Shown: positions 10,078-19,834 of the stretch, in pieces
Numbering within the stretch: the first letter of the stretch is position 1
Layout of the letters: every line of letters begins with the position of its first letter
Assembly (NCBI GenBank): GCA_036918135.1
Contig: JBALDB010000046.1
Location: 32,001-96,000, forward strand
Length of the DNA stretch: 64,000 nucleotides
Reading direction: 5' to 3'
Origin: Nostoc sp.
GTDB taxonomy: Bacteria > Cyanobacteriota > Cyanobacteriia > Cyanobacteriales > Nostocaceae
Program-made: the position numbers and the translations under genes
The notes under the pieces: model-generated
Database searches by the model: none
The model's input: only the letters and a program-made list of their open reading frames with translations
What the model was told of the DNA's origin: nothing

Positions 10078-11205
10078 ATGCAATCAGCAGTTACTTCCGA
10101 ATCTCAAGCAATGGATGCACCTAAACAAGGAATGCCAGTAACAATTATTACGGGTTTCCTTGGTAGTGGCAAAACGACTTTACTTAATCATATCCTCAAC
10201 AACCAAGAGGGTTTAAAGACCGCTGTTCTAGTGAATGAATTTGGCGAAATTGGCATCGATAACGAGCTAATCGTTTCCACTGGTGAGAACATGGTGGAAC
10301 TAAATAATGGTTGCATCTGCTGCACTATTAATAATGATTTAGTAGATGCAGTTTACAAAGTTTTAGAACGCCAAGAAAATCTAGATTATTTAGTAGTAGA
10401 AACAACTGGATTAGCAGACCCTCTACCAGTAGCCTTAACATTTTTAGGCACAGAATTACGGGATTTAACTCGCTTGGATTCGATTATCACCGTTGTAGAT
10501 GCAGCGAATTACAGTCTAGATTTGTTTAATTCTCAGGCAGCATACAGCCAAATTGCTTATGGCGATGTAATTGTGCTGAACAAGACAGATTTAGTTGATG
10601 AAGCTACTTTGAATGAGTTAGAGAGAAAAATTAACGAAGTCAAAGAAGGAGCAAGAATTCTCCGCACCACGCGATCGCAAGTGCCACTTCCTTTAATTCT
10701 GAGTGTCGGTTTGTTTGAGTCAGATAAATATTTTGACTCAGTGGTAGACGACCACGACCATCACGCTCATCACGACCATCACGACCATCACCACCACGAC
10801 CACGACCACTCAACATGTGGTCATGACCATCACGACCATCATGACCATGACCACGAACATCATCACCATCACTCTGACCATTTAGAAAATGATGGCTTTA
10901 CTTCTATATCTTTTCAGAGTGACAAACCTTTTTCTATTAGGAAGTTTCAGTATTTCTTAGATAACCAGCTACCCTCAAATATCTTCCGAGCTAAGGGGAT
11001 TATGTGGTTTGATGAAAGTCCGAAGCGTCATATTTTCCACCTTTGTGGTAAACGCTTCACTTTGGATGATGATGATTGGCAAGGTAAACCCAAAAACCAA
11101 ATAGTGCTAATTGGCCAAAATTTGGATCGTGAAACTTTAATTACTCAAATAGAAAATTGTATTTGCTTACCTTCTACCAATCGTGGTAAAGGGTTTGGCA
11201 AATAA
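10078..11205 (+). CDS. CobW/COG0523 metallochaperone GTPase with His-rich linker
   Basis: TGFLGSGKTT, VNEFGEIGID, NGCICC, VETTGLADP, His/Asp-rich tract, CobW_C region. Confidence 0.92.
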   Translation: MQSAVTSESQAMDAPKQGMPVTIITGFLGSGKTTLLNHILNNQEGLKTAVLVNEFGEIGIDNELIVSTGENMVELNNGCICCTINNDLVDAVYKVLERQENLDYLVVETTGLADPLPVALTFLGTELRDLTRLDSIITVVDAANYSLDLFNSQAAYSQIAYGDVIVLNKTDLVDEATLNELERKINEVKEGARILRTTRSQVPLPLILSVGLFESDKYFDSVVDDHDHHAHHDHHDHHHHDHDHSTCGHDHHDHHDHDHEHHHHHSDHLENDGFTSISFQSDKPFSIRKFQYFLDNQLPSNIFRAKGIMWFDESPKRHIFHLCGKRFTLDDDDWQGKPKNQIVLIGQNLDRETLITQIENCICLPSTNRGKGFGK

Positions 11206-11243
11206 AAGTTAGACTGAGGAGTTAAGAGTTAAAATTGCGTTTT

Positions 11244-11276
11244 CGTTCCCAGGTTTGACCTGGGAATGTGTTTTTA
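11244..11276 (+). terminator. REP-like hairpin/terminator after the CobW gene
   Basis: CGTTCCCAGGT-ttg-ACCTGGGAATG followed by TGTTTTTT. Confidence 0.65.
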
Positions 11277-11354
11277 TTAGTTCTACCATCGATTTATATT
11301 GATGAAAATAAGAAAATAGCGATCGCATTTTCTCATCTAAACTTCTAACTTCTT

Positions 11355-11834
11355 ATGCGTGTTGTCATCCAGCGAGTTAAATCATCTCAAGTTATTGTTA
11401 ATGGCGAAATTATTGGTAAAATTGGGCGGGGACTCAACTTACTCGTAGGTATTGCCAATACCGATACCGATGCTGAACTCGATTGGATAGTGCGTAAGTG
11501 CCTAGAATTACGCCTGTTTCCCCATGAGGAAGAGGGTACAGACGCGCAGGGGCTTGTGGATAGACATCGCTGGCAAAAATCTGTGCAAGAAATTGGGGGT
11601 GAGTTGTTGGTAGTTAGTCAGTTCACCCTTTACGGTGATTGTCGCAAAGGTCGCCGTCCTTCTTTCGACCGTTCAGCCGCTCCTCAATCAGCAGAAGATT
11701 TATATAATCGTTTTATTACCAAGTTAAGAGCCAGTGGTTTGCTGGTGGAAACTGGTCAATTCGGTGCAATGATGCAAGTTACGATTGAAAATGATGGCCC
11801 AGTTACTTTAGTCATTGAAAAAGAAGCCGGGTAA
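11355..11834 (+). CDS. dtd: D-aminoacyl-tRNA deacylase
   Basis: [36 protein letters not shown]. Confidence 0.96.
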   Translation: MRVVIQRVKSSQVIVNGEIIGKIGRGLNLLVGIANTDTDAELDWIVRKCLELRLFPHEEEGTDAQGLVDRHRWQKSVQEIGGELLVVSQFTLYGDCRKGRRPSFDRSAAPQSAEDLYNRFITKLRASGLLVETGQFGAMMQVTIENDGPVTLVIEKEAG

Positions 11835-11941
11835 GTATATATATTAGTAATACGAGCTATCGGAGTTTCCTCTAGACCTTAGAGTTCTAAATGATGAGAG
11901 AATATTAAACTAACGATCGTAAAAGTTTAAACTCATTTATC

Positions 11942-12283
11942 ATGGCGAAAATCCAGTTTGCTAGAGGGGTTAACGAAGAAGTAGTTCCAGACGTGCGCTT
12001 GACGCGAGGGCGTAGTGGTGAAACTGGCACAGCAACATTTATTTTTGAAAATCCCAAGATTTTAGACCAAGGCAGCACCGATGACATCACTGGTATGTAC
12101 CTGATTGATGAAGAAGGCGAAATTATCACTCGCGAAGTAAAGGCTAAATTTATTAATGGAAGACCGGAAGCATTAGAAGCAGTTTACTTGATGAAATCTT
12201 CCCAAGAATGGGATCGCTTCATGCGCTTCATGCAGCGATATGGGGATGAAAACGGTCTTGGACTAAGTAAAAAAGAAGGATAA
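11942..12283 (+). CDS. psb28: photosystem II assembly protein Psb28
   Basis: MAKIQF...VPDVRLTR...[13 protein letters not shown]...[11 protein letters not shown]. Confidence 0.95.
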   Translation: MAKIQFARGVNEEVVPDVRLTRGRSGETGTATFIFENPKILDQGSTDDITGMYLIDEEGEIITREVKAKFINGRPEALEAVYLMKSSQEWDRFMRFMQRYGDENGLGLSKKEG

Positions 12284-12418
12284 AACATAGGACATGAGAA
12301 ATTAGGTGCTAGGTATTGGAGATTGGGGATTAGGCTAAGAAAACTCTTCCCCAGTGCCCAGTTCCTAGTAACCAGCCCTCACTCCCTCTCCCCACTATTA
12401 AAAGTTAATAACCTCTCC

Positions 12419-12922
12419 ATGACGCAACAACCGCACCCAGACTCATCTGGAATGACTCTAACTTGTGCCGTGGTCACTGTCAGCGATACACGCACTTTTG
12501 AAACAGACAAAAGTGGTCAGCTAATTCAGCAGCTACTTATTGCTGCCAACCATGCTGTAGGAGCCTATACAATTATTAAAGATGAACCAGCACAAGTTCA
12601 ACAGCAGATAGAAAATCTAGGAAAAAGCGCTTTTTTGGATGCTCTAATTTTCAATGGTGGCACAGGTATTGCGCCAAGAGATACTACCTATGATGCAATT
12701 GAGCAGTTATTAGAGAAAACCTTGCCGGGATTTGGGGAGTTATTTCGTTATCTAAGTTATCAACAAATTGGTTCGCGGGCGATCGCTTCTCGTGCTGTTG
12801 CTGGTGTTTATCAAAATAAATTAATCTTCTCGCTTCCTGGTTCCAGTAATGGTGTGCAACTAGCAATGGAAAAACTGATTTTGCCCGAATTAACTCACTT
12901 GCTAAGTCAGATACGGAAATAA
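12419..12922 (+). CDS. molybdenum cofactor biosynthesis protein MoaB/MogA family
   Basis: [36 protein letters not shown]; start trimmed to MTQQP because the upstream extension is STRR-derived. Confidence 0.9.
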   Translation: MTQQPHPDSSGMTLTCAVVTVSDTRTFETDKSGQLIQQLLIAANHAVGAYTIIKDEPAQVQQQIENLGKSAFLDALIFNGGTGIAPRDTTYDAIEQLLEKTLPGFGELFRYLSYQQIGSRAIASRAVAGVYQNKLIFSLPGSSNGVQLAMEKLILPELTHLLSQIRK

Positions 12923-12972
12923 AAGCTAGGGACTAAATTCAATTTTTACGTATTTAATTTGTCTTGGAAATC

Positions 12973-13019
12973 AAAAAACCCCTCAGTCGCATTAACAAGA
13001 CTAATACAGGACTGAGGGG
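12973..13019 (-). terminator. terminator hairpin between convergent genes
   Basis: CCCCTCAGTC...GACTGAGGGG stem with a T run on the minus strand. Confidence 0.7.
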
Positions 13020-13143
13020 ATAGATTTTATCAATACAACATATCCAAAATCTCACACCACGAGAACCCGTTGACCAATACAGATAATATGCTATAATCAT
13101 CTGCGTTGATTGACGGCTACTATTAATAACCAGGTAAATGATA

Positions 13144-13392
13144 TTAGTAGTAATCGCGTAGTGGCTGTGGTTGCGGCACTGCAAAATTTGATGCATCGTA
13201 CAAGTAGCGGCTGGCTTCCTCTTCTAAACGATGAATCAGAAAAGGTTCTATGGCGTTACCATGTCGCAGTGCGGCTAAATATCCATCCAAATACATCCGC
13301 ATATCATCCATACGATAACCGCGATTCCATAACTCGACGAAGGCGTCAGTAAGTCTTTGGTAATAGCGGATGGTTTGTGTGTCTTGGAGCAT
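13144..13392 (-). CDS. conserved small cyanobacterial protein (DUF6761-like)
   Basis: MLQDTQTIRYYQRLTDA...LYLDGY-like motif; divergent from nrrA. Confidence 0.75.
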   Translation of the reverse strand: MLQDTQTIRYYQRLTDAFVELWNRGYRMDDMRMYLDGYLAALRHGNAIEPFLIHRLEEEASRYLYDASNFAVPQPQPLRDYY

Positions 13393-13898
13393 AACTGCTG
13401 TATTAATGTCTTTGGAATGAGAATTGTAAATGATTCACGTTCAAATGTGAAGTGTGATTTCCCTTGGGGATCGATTAAAACTAAACATATATTTTTCGGG
13501 TAGCACTCTCCTGGTAGCTACAAATATACTTTAATCCTATTCCAGAAAACACCTATCCTACTTGTCTACTAGAGTATCTTTATAATTTTTCCTACTAACA
13601 GCCTAATTTTATTGGTGCTATATTCATGGGTGTAGGCACTAATTTATAGATTGCGAATTACTTTTCAATCGGCACAAAAGCTGTTTTGCTAAGGATTAGC
13701 CGATTGGGTTATGGTTTTTGGATATTATAGTCATGTAAAAACACAATATTAAGCGCTAAAAGAACTTTTAATGAGTCGACAAGACTTTTTCTAAGTTTAA
13801 CAAAAATTTAAGAATATTTCTAATCCCTTTTGCGAAGGGACAAATTAAAGATATTCCCACTTTTTTTATGAGGAAATGTAAAGCTAATAGCAATTGAA

Positions 13899-13940
13899 GT
13901 AACAAAGGCTACAAAACCGGAGACATGGGCTTGTTACTTT
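13899..13940 (+). promoter_or_regulatory. NtcA-activated promoter of nrrA
   Basis: GTA-ACAAAGGC-TAC, then exactly 22 nt, then TACTTT (TAN3T -10 box). Confidence 0.9.
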
Positions 13941-13972
13941 GAAAGTCATCGACGCTAAGGGGTCTTGCCACC

Positions 13973-14743
13973 GTGGGTTCGGTATGTATAGAAATCATTG
14001 AAGGGAATCCCCATCTAAGGTCGTTGCTAGGTTGGCACTTGCAACAACTGGAATACCGGGTGCATCAAGCTGCCAGTATTTATCAAGCAAGGGAAGTATT
14101 TTTAAGCCATCAACCAACACTAGTCGTCTTAGATGCAGATCTGCCTGATGGTGATGGCATTGAGTTTTGTCGTTGGTTGCATCGTCAGCAACAGCCTCTA
14201 ATCTTAATGCTATCTGCGCGCAATAGTGAAGCTGATATTGTCGCAGGTTTAAAGGCGGGTGCAGATGATTACCTTAGCAAACCTTTTGGGATGCAAGAGT
14301 TTTTAGCACGGGTAGAAGCACTGATTCGTCGTAAGCGCACACCTGCTGCACCAGCTTATTTAGATTATGGAACTTTGCAAATTGATTTAGTTCAACGCCG
14401 CGTTCGCTTCCAGGGAGAGTTCATTGACTTAACGCCCCAGGAATTCAGTTTACTGTACGTTTTAGCGCAAGCTGGGGGAGTACCTTTGAGTAGGTCGGAA
14501 TTGCTGCGTCGTGCTTGGCCTGATGCTATCGATAACCCTCGTACCATTGATACTCATGTTTTGTCGCTGCGGAAAAAGGTTGAACTCGATCCCCGACAAC
14601 CTAGCTTGATTCAAACTATCCGCAATGTAGGATACCGCTTTAACATGGAAATTTTGAATACTAATATTCCCCAGTCACAAACAAAGTTAACTAGAGAGAG
14701 ATTTAACAATCAACGTTCAACACTTACTAGTAGTCAATTGTAA
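13973..14743 (+). CDS. nrrA: nitrogen-regulated OmpR-family response regulator NrrA
   Basis: Receiver plus winged-helix domains; MGSVCIEI.EGNPHLRSLLGWHLQQLEY N-terminus; canonical NtcA promoter upstream. Confidence 0.88.
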   Translation: MGSVCIEIIEGNPHLRSLLGWHLQQLEYRVHQAASIYQAREVFLSHQPTLVVLDADLPDGDGIEFCRWLHRQQQPLILMLSARNSEADIVAGLKAGADDYLSKPFGMQEFLARVEALIRRKRTPAAPAYLDYGTLQIDLVQRRVRFQGEFIDLTPQEFSLLYVLAQAGGVPLSRSELLRRAWPDAIDNPRTIDTHVLSLRKKVELDPRQPSLIQTIRNVGYRFNMEILNTNIPQSQTKLTRERFNNQRSTLTSSQL

Positions 14744-14775
14744 TCGGGACTGGTGAGTGGGAACTGGAGAACTCT

Positions 14776-14802
14776 GGGCCCCCACGAAGTGGGGATTAGG
14801 GG
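14776..14802. repeat. small dispersed repeat in STRR tract
   Basis: GGGCCCCCACGAAGTGGGGATTAGGGG with CCCCAC-gaa-GTGGGG hairpin. Confidence 0.65.
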
Positions 14803-14913
14803 CATGGAGACTAGGAAATAAGATTAACAATACTATTTTCTAATAGCCAGTACTCAATGCCCAATACATAATGCCCAGTACCCATTACCCACTCCCTAGT
14901 CCCTATCCAAAAT

Positions 14914-15690
14914 CTAAAATTCAAAATCGTCTTGAGCTTGTGCTTTAATCAAGGTTTCTCGTAATTCATCCCAGTTTATTTCAGAAACTTTTTGATTTGC
15001 CGATAAATGACCTTGCTGTAAGTGTAATAATCGAGTGCAAAACATTTCAAGTAGATCTATTTGGTGATTTACCATCAAAATCGTGGTTTGATGAGTTTGA
15101 CTCAACTGAATTAAAACTTGTATCAGATGCAAAGCTGTACCAGTATCTAGAGTAGAGCTTGGTTCGTCTAATAATAGAATTTTAGGCTCAATGAGTAAAG
15201 CACGAGCGATCGCTATTAGTTGTCGTTGTCCCGCAGAAAGTTGCACCTCTGTTCGTTCTAACCATTCATTGGGAATGTGCAGTTGTTCTATCCAGTAATT
15301 GACTCGTTCTTGAATTGCTTGTTTGGCTAAACCACGCAAAACCAAAGGATAAGCTAAAGCTTGCCCAACTGTCATCCCTAACAGCTTTGATTCTTGCAAT
15401 ACAAGTGTTACCATCTGACGTAACTGGATGACTGGAATTTGGCGATACTCTTGATTCTCTAGATAGATTTTGCCGTTACTAGGTTCAATAAGACGGTTGA
15501 GCAGGCGTAGTAAAGAAGTTTTACCAGCGCCCATCGCGCCTACAATAGCAATACGTTCGCCCTCGAATACCTCAAAGGAAATATCCTGCAATATGGGGTA
15601 TCCTTGCTGATTCACCGAAACTTGGGTTTTCAGCTTTGTAAACAGATTAACTTGTTCTAGCCTGAGTGTGGCTGCTGTGACATTATTCAA
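14914..15690 (-). CDS. ABC transporter ATP-binding protein
   Basis: GAMGAGKTS Walker A, LSAGQRQ signature, LLLDE Walker B; likely TTG start, upstream extension is repeat-derived. Confidence 0.88.
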   Translation of the reverse strand: MNNVTAATLRLEQVNLFTKLKTQVSVNQQGYPILQDISFEVFEGERIAIVGAMGAGKTSLLRLLNRLIEPSNGKIYLENQEYRQIPVIQLRQMVTLVLQESKLLGMTVGQALAYPLVLRGLAKQAIQERVNYWIEQLHIPNEWLERTEVQLSAGQRQLIAIARALLIEPKILLLDEPSSTLDTGTALHLIQVLIQLSQTHQTTILMVNHQIDLLEMFCTRLLHLQQGHLSANQKVSEINWDELRETLIKAQAQDDFEF

Positions 15691-15696
15691 GGTAAG

Positions 15697-15797
15697 TGGG
15701 GAGATAGGGAGATGGGGAGTGTGGGAAGTGTGGGGAGTGTGGGGAGAGAGGGGGGAAAGATTTCTTCCCCATCCTCCCACACCTCCCACACTCCCTG
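15697..15797. repeat. inverted pair of short tandem repeat tracts
   Basis: (GGGAGTGTG)n-like tract facing (CCCACACCT/CCCACACTC)n. Confidence 0.7.
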
Positions 15798-15831
15798 TTT
15801 GCCCTGTTTGGCCAATGTCCCATGCCCTATT

Positions 15832-16398
15832 CTATGCTAATTGTTTAGTAGTTAAGGCTGTGGCGATCGCCCAACCATCAACCAACAGTAATAGCAGTGT
15901 GAATCCTAGTAAAATCGCGTACATCCACGGCTGTGCTAAAGGACGAACATCTGTAGTGTCAATGTCTGTCTTTGTTTGGACAATTTGCACCAAACGGGCA
16001 AATCCAGCTACACGCATTGGTAGTAAATAAGCTTTTCCATCCTGACTAAGAAAATAATAAACTAGTCCTCCTTGACCGGTAGTACGGGGTTTTAACTCTT
16101 TGACTTCTGACCAAGGTAAAAACCAGCCTTTACGAAAAAAGCGGGGTACCCAACCTGGGTAAGTAACCTGAATTCCTTGTTCGTCTACTATTACTTGTTC
16201 GGTCAACACCGCATACAAAGCAATTAAGCCGATGCTAATTCCTACCCATAATAATGCTGGGGGTATGGGTGCGGCTGTTACTTGCGATAAGAAGGGTAAT
16301 GGAATTGTAAGTGCTATGTATAGACTCAGCAGCGTTATCCGAATCAAAGGAGAAAGGTGAAAAACAGAAGCTGAGGTATTGACTGAATTTGCTGTCAC
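15832..16398 (-). CDS. conserved hypothetical membrane protein
   Basis: 188-aa ORF, two N-terminal and one C-terminal hydrophobic segments, TGQGGLVYYF motif. Confidence 0.75.
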   Translation of the reverse strand: MTANSVNTSASVFHLSPLIRITLLSLYIALTIPLPFLSQVTAAPIPPALLWVGISIGLIALYAVLTEQVIVDEQGIQVTYPGWVPRFFRKGWFLPWSEVKELKPRTTGQGGLVYYFLSQDGKAYLLPMRVAGFARLVQIVQTKTDIDTTDVRPLAQPWMYAILLGFTLLLLLVDGWAIATALTTKQLA

Positions 16399-16452
16399 GG
16401 CTCTATTACAATGCTTTTCTTTATTCTAGGACAGCTTTTTGCCCTACTCAAT

Positions 16453-16914
16453 TTAAGGTAAATACTTTTGCACGACACTCCAACCAGTAAGGGATACCCA
16501 GACAAATCCGACAAACAGAATCATGTTTACACCTATGTGTAAAGGTCTAGCCCAAGGTTTTGTCGAACTAATTTGCCCTGCACTGAAAGCAGACAGTAAA
16601 ACCAACGCTACTACTATCAATCCAGAAACTAAGTGTGACGAGTGTCCCAGAGAACCAAAATGACCTAAAGTGCCAACAATACCGATCGCCAGCAATAGTA
16701 GTACTAAACTTACCATGCTGATTCCCATTAAATTATGCAGCGATCGCACTCCTGTATTTCCACCCATTAATAGGGAAATAAAAGGAAATTGCTGCGAGGT
16801 TCTCATCCGAAACATCAAAACGCCTGTAACTGCTAACATCAGGTATGCCAGCAGTGACAACCCCATCGACCAGGCGGCAATTTTCCACAACCAAAGAAAT
16901 GAAGGCAGATTCAT
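16453..16914 (-). CDS. DUF4079-like membrane protein
   Basis: Four hydrophobic segments with His residues (RSLH, GHSSH, RPLH) resembling a cytochrome b561-like arrangement. Confidence 0.7.
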   Translation of the reverse strand: MNLPSFLWLWKIAAWSMGLSLLAYLMLAVTGVLMFRMRTSQQFPFISLLMGGNTGVRSLHNLMGISMVSLVLLLLAIGIVGTLGHFGSLGHSSHLVSGLIVVALVLLSAFSAGQISSTKPWARPLHIGVNMILFVGFVWVSLTGWSVVQKYLP

Positions 16915-17066
16915 AAGAATGATTGTAGATGAGAGTAACAGACAAGGGACACAAAGACGCGAAGATAAGCTAGAAAAATTAATCGCTAATCACTAATGAA
17001 CAATGACTAATAAATAAAAAAGGCTGCTGAACTCAGCAACCCAAAAATTGAGCCAAATTGTTTTTT

Positions 17067-17465
17067 TTAATCGACTGCTGCTAAACCAGCGACTTGTAAG
17101 GGTTTTATACTATCTCCGGTCTTTTTATTAAGTTGCTGCACCATTGCTGCGGTATTTATAGAGTCTTTTGCAAAAGATGAGTCTGCTGTATCAAACTCAG
17201 AATTACTAGGGTCATTGACCATCAGGCGATCGCACGGAATCTTATCCGATAAAATTGCACTTGCCATCATTCCTGTATGAATCTCCATTTTAGCTTTTCG
17301 TGGAGCTTCAAATACCAGGCGTTGTCCTGGAAAAACAACCCTTTCAAAATACCAATTGGGAATATTAGAGATGCGAGCTACCTGTATTTTGCTGGTGGCA
17401 TTGATGTAGCAGCAGAGAATTTTCCCGAATTGCTCAGGTGGTAGAGGATCTAAAATTTGAGCCAT
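17067..17465 (-). CDS. DUF1830 domain protein
   Basis: CCYINATSKIQVARI...YFERVVFPGQRLVFEAP...EIH. Confidence 0.85.
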   Translation of the reverse strand: MAQILDPLPPEQFGKILCCYINATSKIQVARISNIPNWYFERVVFPGQRLVFEAPRKAKMEIHTGMMASAILSDKIPCDRLMVNDPSNSEFDTADSSFAKDSINTAAMVQQLNKKTGDSIKPLQVAGLAAVD

Positions 17466-17510
17466 AACTGCTGAGGAGCTTTACGCCACAATTTAACATT
17501 ACACTACTCA

Positions 17511-17553
17511 AGCCTAACATCGACTGATCCCCTGTTGTTGTAACTGTGAATAC
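17511..17553 (-). promoter_or_regulatory. putative NtcA-activated promoter of the DUF1830 gene
   Basis: Minus strand reads GTA-TTCACAGT-TAC, 23 nt, TAGGCT. Confidence 0.75.
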
Positions 17554-18069
17554 CAACTGAGGATTTGTAGATTATTTCTATCTAAAGAAATATTTTATGG
17601 TTATAAAAATTTTATAATTATTTATGCCTTTTTTGCAATTCTACACTATACCTAAAGATTTAGATATTTTTTCCTGGTATAAAAGTTTTAATTCTCTAAA
17701 AACAAATAAGTAGAATATTGCTCTGATGACGATCCCCTTGCTTTTCGCTTAGTGAACAAGCGATCGCTGTTTTACCTATCTGAAGATAAATACCCCTAGA
17801 TCGTCGCTTAATGAATAAACTCAATGTTATCGTAAAGCTATATGAAAAATTTATTCATAAACATCTGTCAATCACATGTATTTAGCGTGCAAAGTAATTT
17901 TATTGATTCCTAGAATTTGGAACAACAAATTGTTCAATATCAAGAATTGGCTTCAATGTCAAGCAATATTGTGATAGATAAAAGTAGCCAAGACAAAAAT
18001 ACCCCTGAAAACTGAAGTTTTTCTCGCTTTTCTCTCAATATTGGCAAGATTGCAGTCAAAACACCTATA

Positions 18070-19641
18070 ATGGAAAATCGAATTCTTTACGTTCGCCTTC
18101 CTTGTAACCCCATCTTTCCCATTGGGGTTGTCTACCTGAGCGATCATATTCATAAGCAATTTCCCAACATTGAACAGCGGATCTTTGATTTGGGAACGGT
18201 ACCACCTTTAGACTACACCTCAGCTTTAGATAGGTGTATCGATGAATTTAAACCTACACTGCTAGTATTTTCTTGGCGGGATATTCAAATTTATGCCCCA
18301 GTCGGCGGACGTGGCGGTAATCCCTTACAAAACGCTTTTGAATTTTACTATGCCAAGAATCCTTTATTAAAACTACGTGGGGCATTAGGCGGTTTGCGAA
18401 TCTTCATTGCTTACTATGTAGAGCTGTGGCGTAATCAGGGCTTGATCAAACGTGGTTTAAAGCGTGCCCAAAAATATAATTCTCATGCCCGTACAGTTGT
18501 AGGTGGTGGTGCAGTCAGCGTATTTTACGAACAGTTGGGAAAAAGCTTACCCCAAGGGACAATTATTTCTGTAGGTGAAGGGGAAACTCTGCTAGAAAAA
18601 CTTTTAAGTGGCAGAGAGTTTCGAGATGAACGCTGTTATGTTGTGGGAGAAACTCAACCACGAAAACGGCTAATTCACGAACAACCCACTCCCCTAGAAA
18701 AAACAGCTTGCGACTACGACTATATCGAAAGTATCTGGCCGGAATTTAATTATTATCTGCAAGAGCAAGACTTTTATATAGGTGTACAAACTAAGCGTGG
18801 TTGTCCGCACAACTGTTGTTATTGTGTTTATACGGTTGTCGAAGGTAAACAAGTACGCATAAATCCAGCAGATGAAGTAGTTGCCGAGATGCGCCAATTA
18901 TACGATCGCGGCATTCGCAACTTTTGGTTTACCGACGCCCAATTCATCCCCGCACGCAAATTTATCGATGATGCAATAGAACTCTTGCAAAAAATCGTCG
19001 ATTCTGGTATGAGAGACATCCACTGGGCAGCTTATATTCGAGCTGACAATTTGACACCAGAATTGTGTGAGTTGATGGCAAAAACCGGGATGAACTACTT
19101 TGAAATTGGGATTACTAGTGGTTCTCAAGAACTCGTACGGAAAATGCGGATGGGGTACAACCTCCGAACCGTCTTACAAAACTGTCGTGATTTAAAAGCA
19201 GCGGGTTTTAACGACTTGGTTTCAGTCAACTACTCCTTTAACGTTATTGACGAACGTCCCGAAACCATTCGCCAAACCATTGCTTACCACCGAGAACTAG
19301 AACGAATTTTTGGTGCTGATAAAGTCGAACCTGCCATCTTCTTTATTGGACTGCAACCCCATACCCATTTAGAAGAATATGCCTTCAAACAGGGCATCCT
19401 CAAACCAGGGTATAATCCAATGAGCTTAATGCCGTGGACAGCTAAAAAACTCCTTTGGAACCCCGAACCCCTTGGTTCATTCTTTGGGGAAGTCTGTTTA
19501 CAAGCTTGGCGACAAAACCCCAACGACTTCGGGCGCGAAGTCATGAATATTTTAGAAGAAAAACTGGGTTGTGCCGACTTAGAAGCAGCACTTTCTTCAC
19601 CAATAGAGAGGAAAGAAAAACAGCTAGCAGGTGTATCTTAG
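18070..19641 (+). CDS. radical SAM protein (cyanobacterial PSII high-light acclimation type)
   Basis: KRGCPHNCCYC CxxxCxxC motif; N-terminal RLPCNPIFPIG. Confidence 0.85.
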   Translation: MENRILYVRLPCNPIFPIGVVYLSDHIHKQFPNIEQRIFDLGTVPPLDYTSALDRCIDEFKPTLLVFSWRDIQIYAPVGGRGGNPLQNAFEFYYAKNPLLKLRGALGGLRIFIAYYVELWRNQGLIKRGLKRAQKYNSHARTVVGGGAVSVFYEQLGKSLPQGTIISVGEGETLLEKLLSGREFRDERCYVVGETQPRKRLIHEQPTPLEKTACDYDYIESIWPEFNYYLQEQDFYIGVQTKRGCPHNCCYCVYTVVEGKQVRINPADEVVAEMRQLYDRGIRNFWFTDAQFIPARKFIDDAIELLQKIVDSGMRDIHWAAYIRADNLTPELCELMAKTGMNYFEIGITSGSQELVRKMRMGYNLRTVLQNCRDLKAAGFNDLVSVNYSFNVIDERPETIRQTIAYHRELERIFGADKVEPAIFFIGLQPHTHLEEYAFKQGILKPGYNPMSLMPWTAKKLLWNPEPLGSFFGEVCLQAWRQNPNDFGREVMNILEEKLGCADLEAALSSPIERKEKQLAGVS

Positions 19642-19834
19642 AAAACACAAGAATGTGGGAATATTCAGAATTTGGAATTTCTCCCCCGTCTGTTGTTCAA
19701 CGTCCTCAGTGCCCACTGTACGCCTGTGGAGAAGCACAAGCTACGTGCAGCCTCTCCTTAAGGAAAAGTTTTGCTCAGCCCAAGCCCTTGCTCAAACTTC
19801 TCTGTGTGGTTCGTTTTCATCAAATCCTAAACTC

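Noticed and set aside
13051..13060. CTCACACCAC as the Yfr1 gene itself
   Set aside because: Lacks the full ACTCCTCACAC motif and the flanking hairpin/terminator on the plus strand; guaB-trxA context absent.
15690..15789. N-terminal extension of the ABC ATPase (similar extensions on moaB, rpsJ, the DICT gene and tyrS)
   Set aside because: Read-through of intergenic or repeat DNA from upstream alternative starts; family similarity begins at the trimmed starts.
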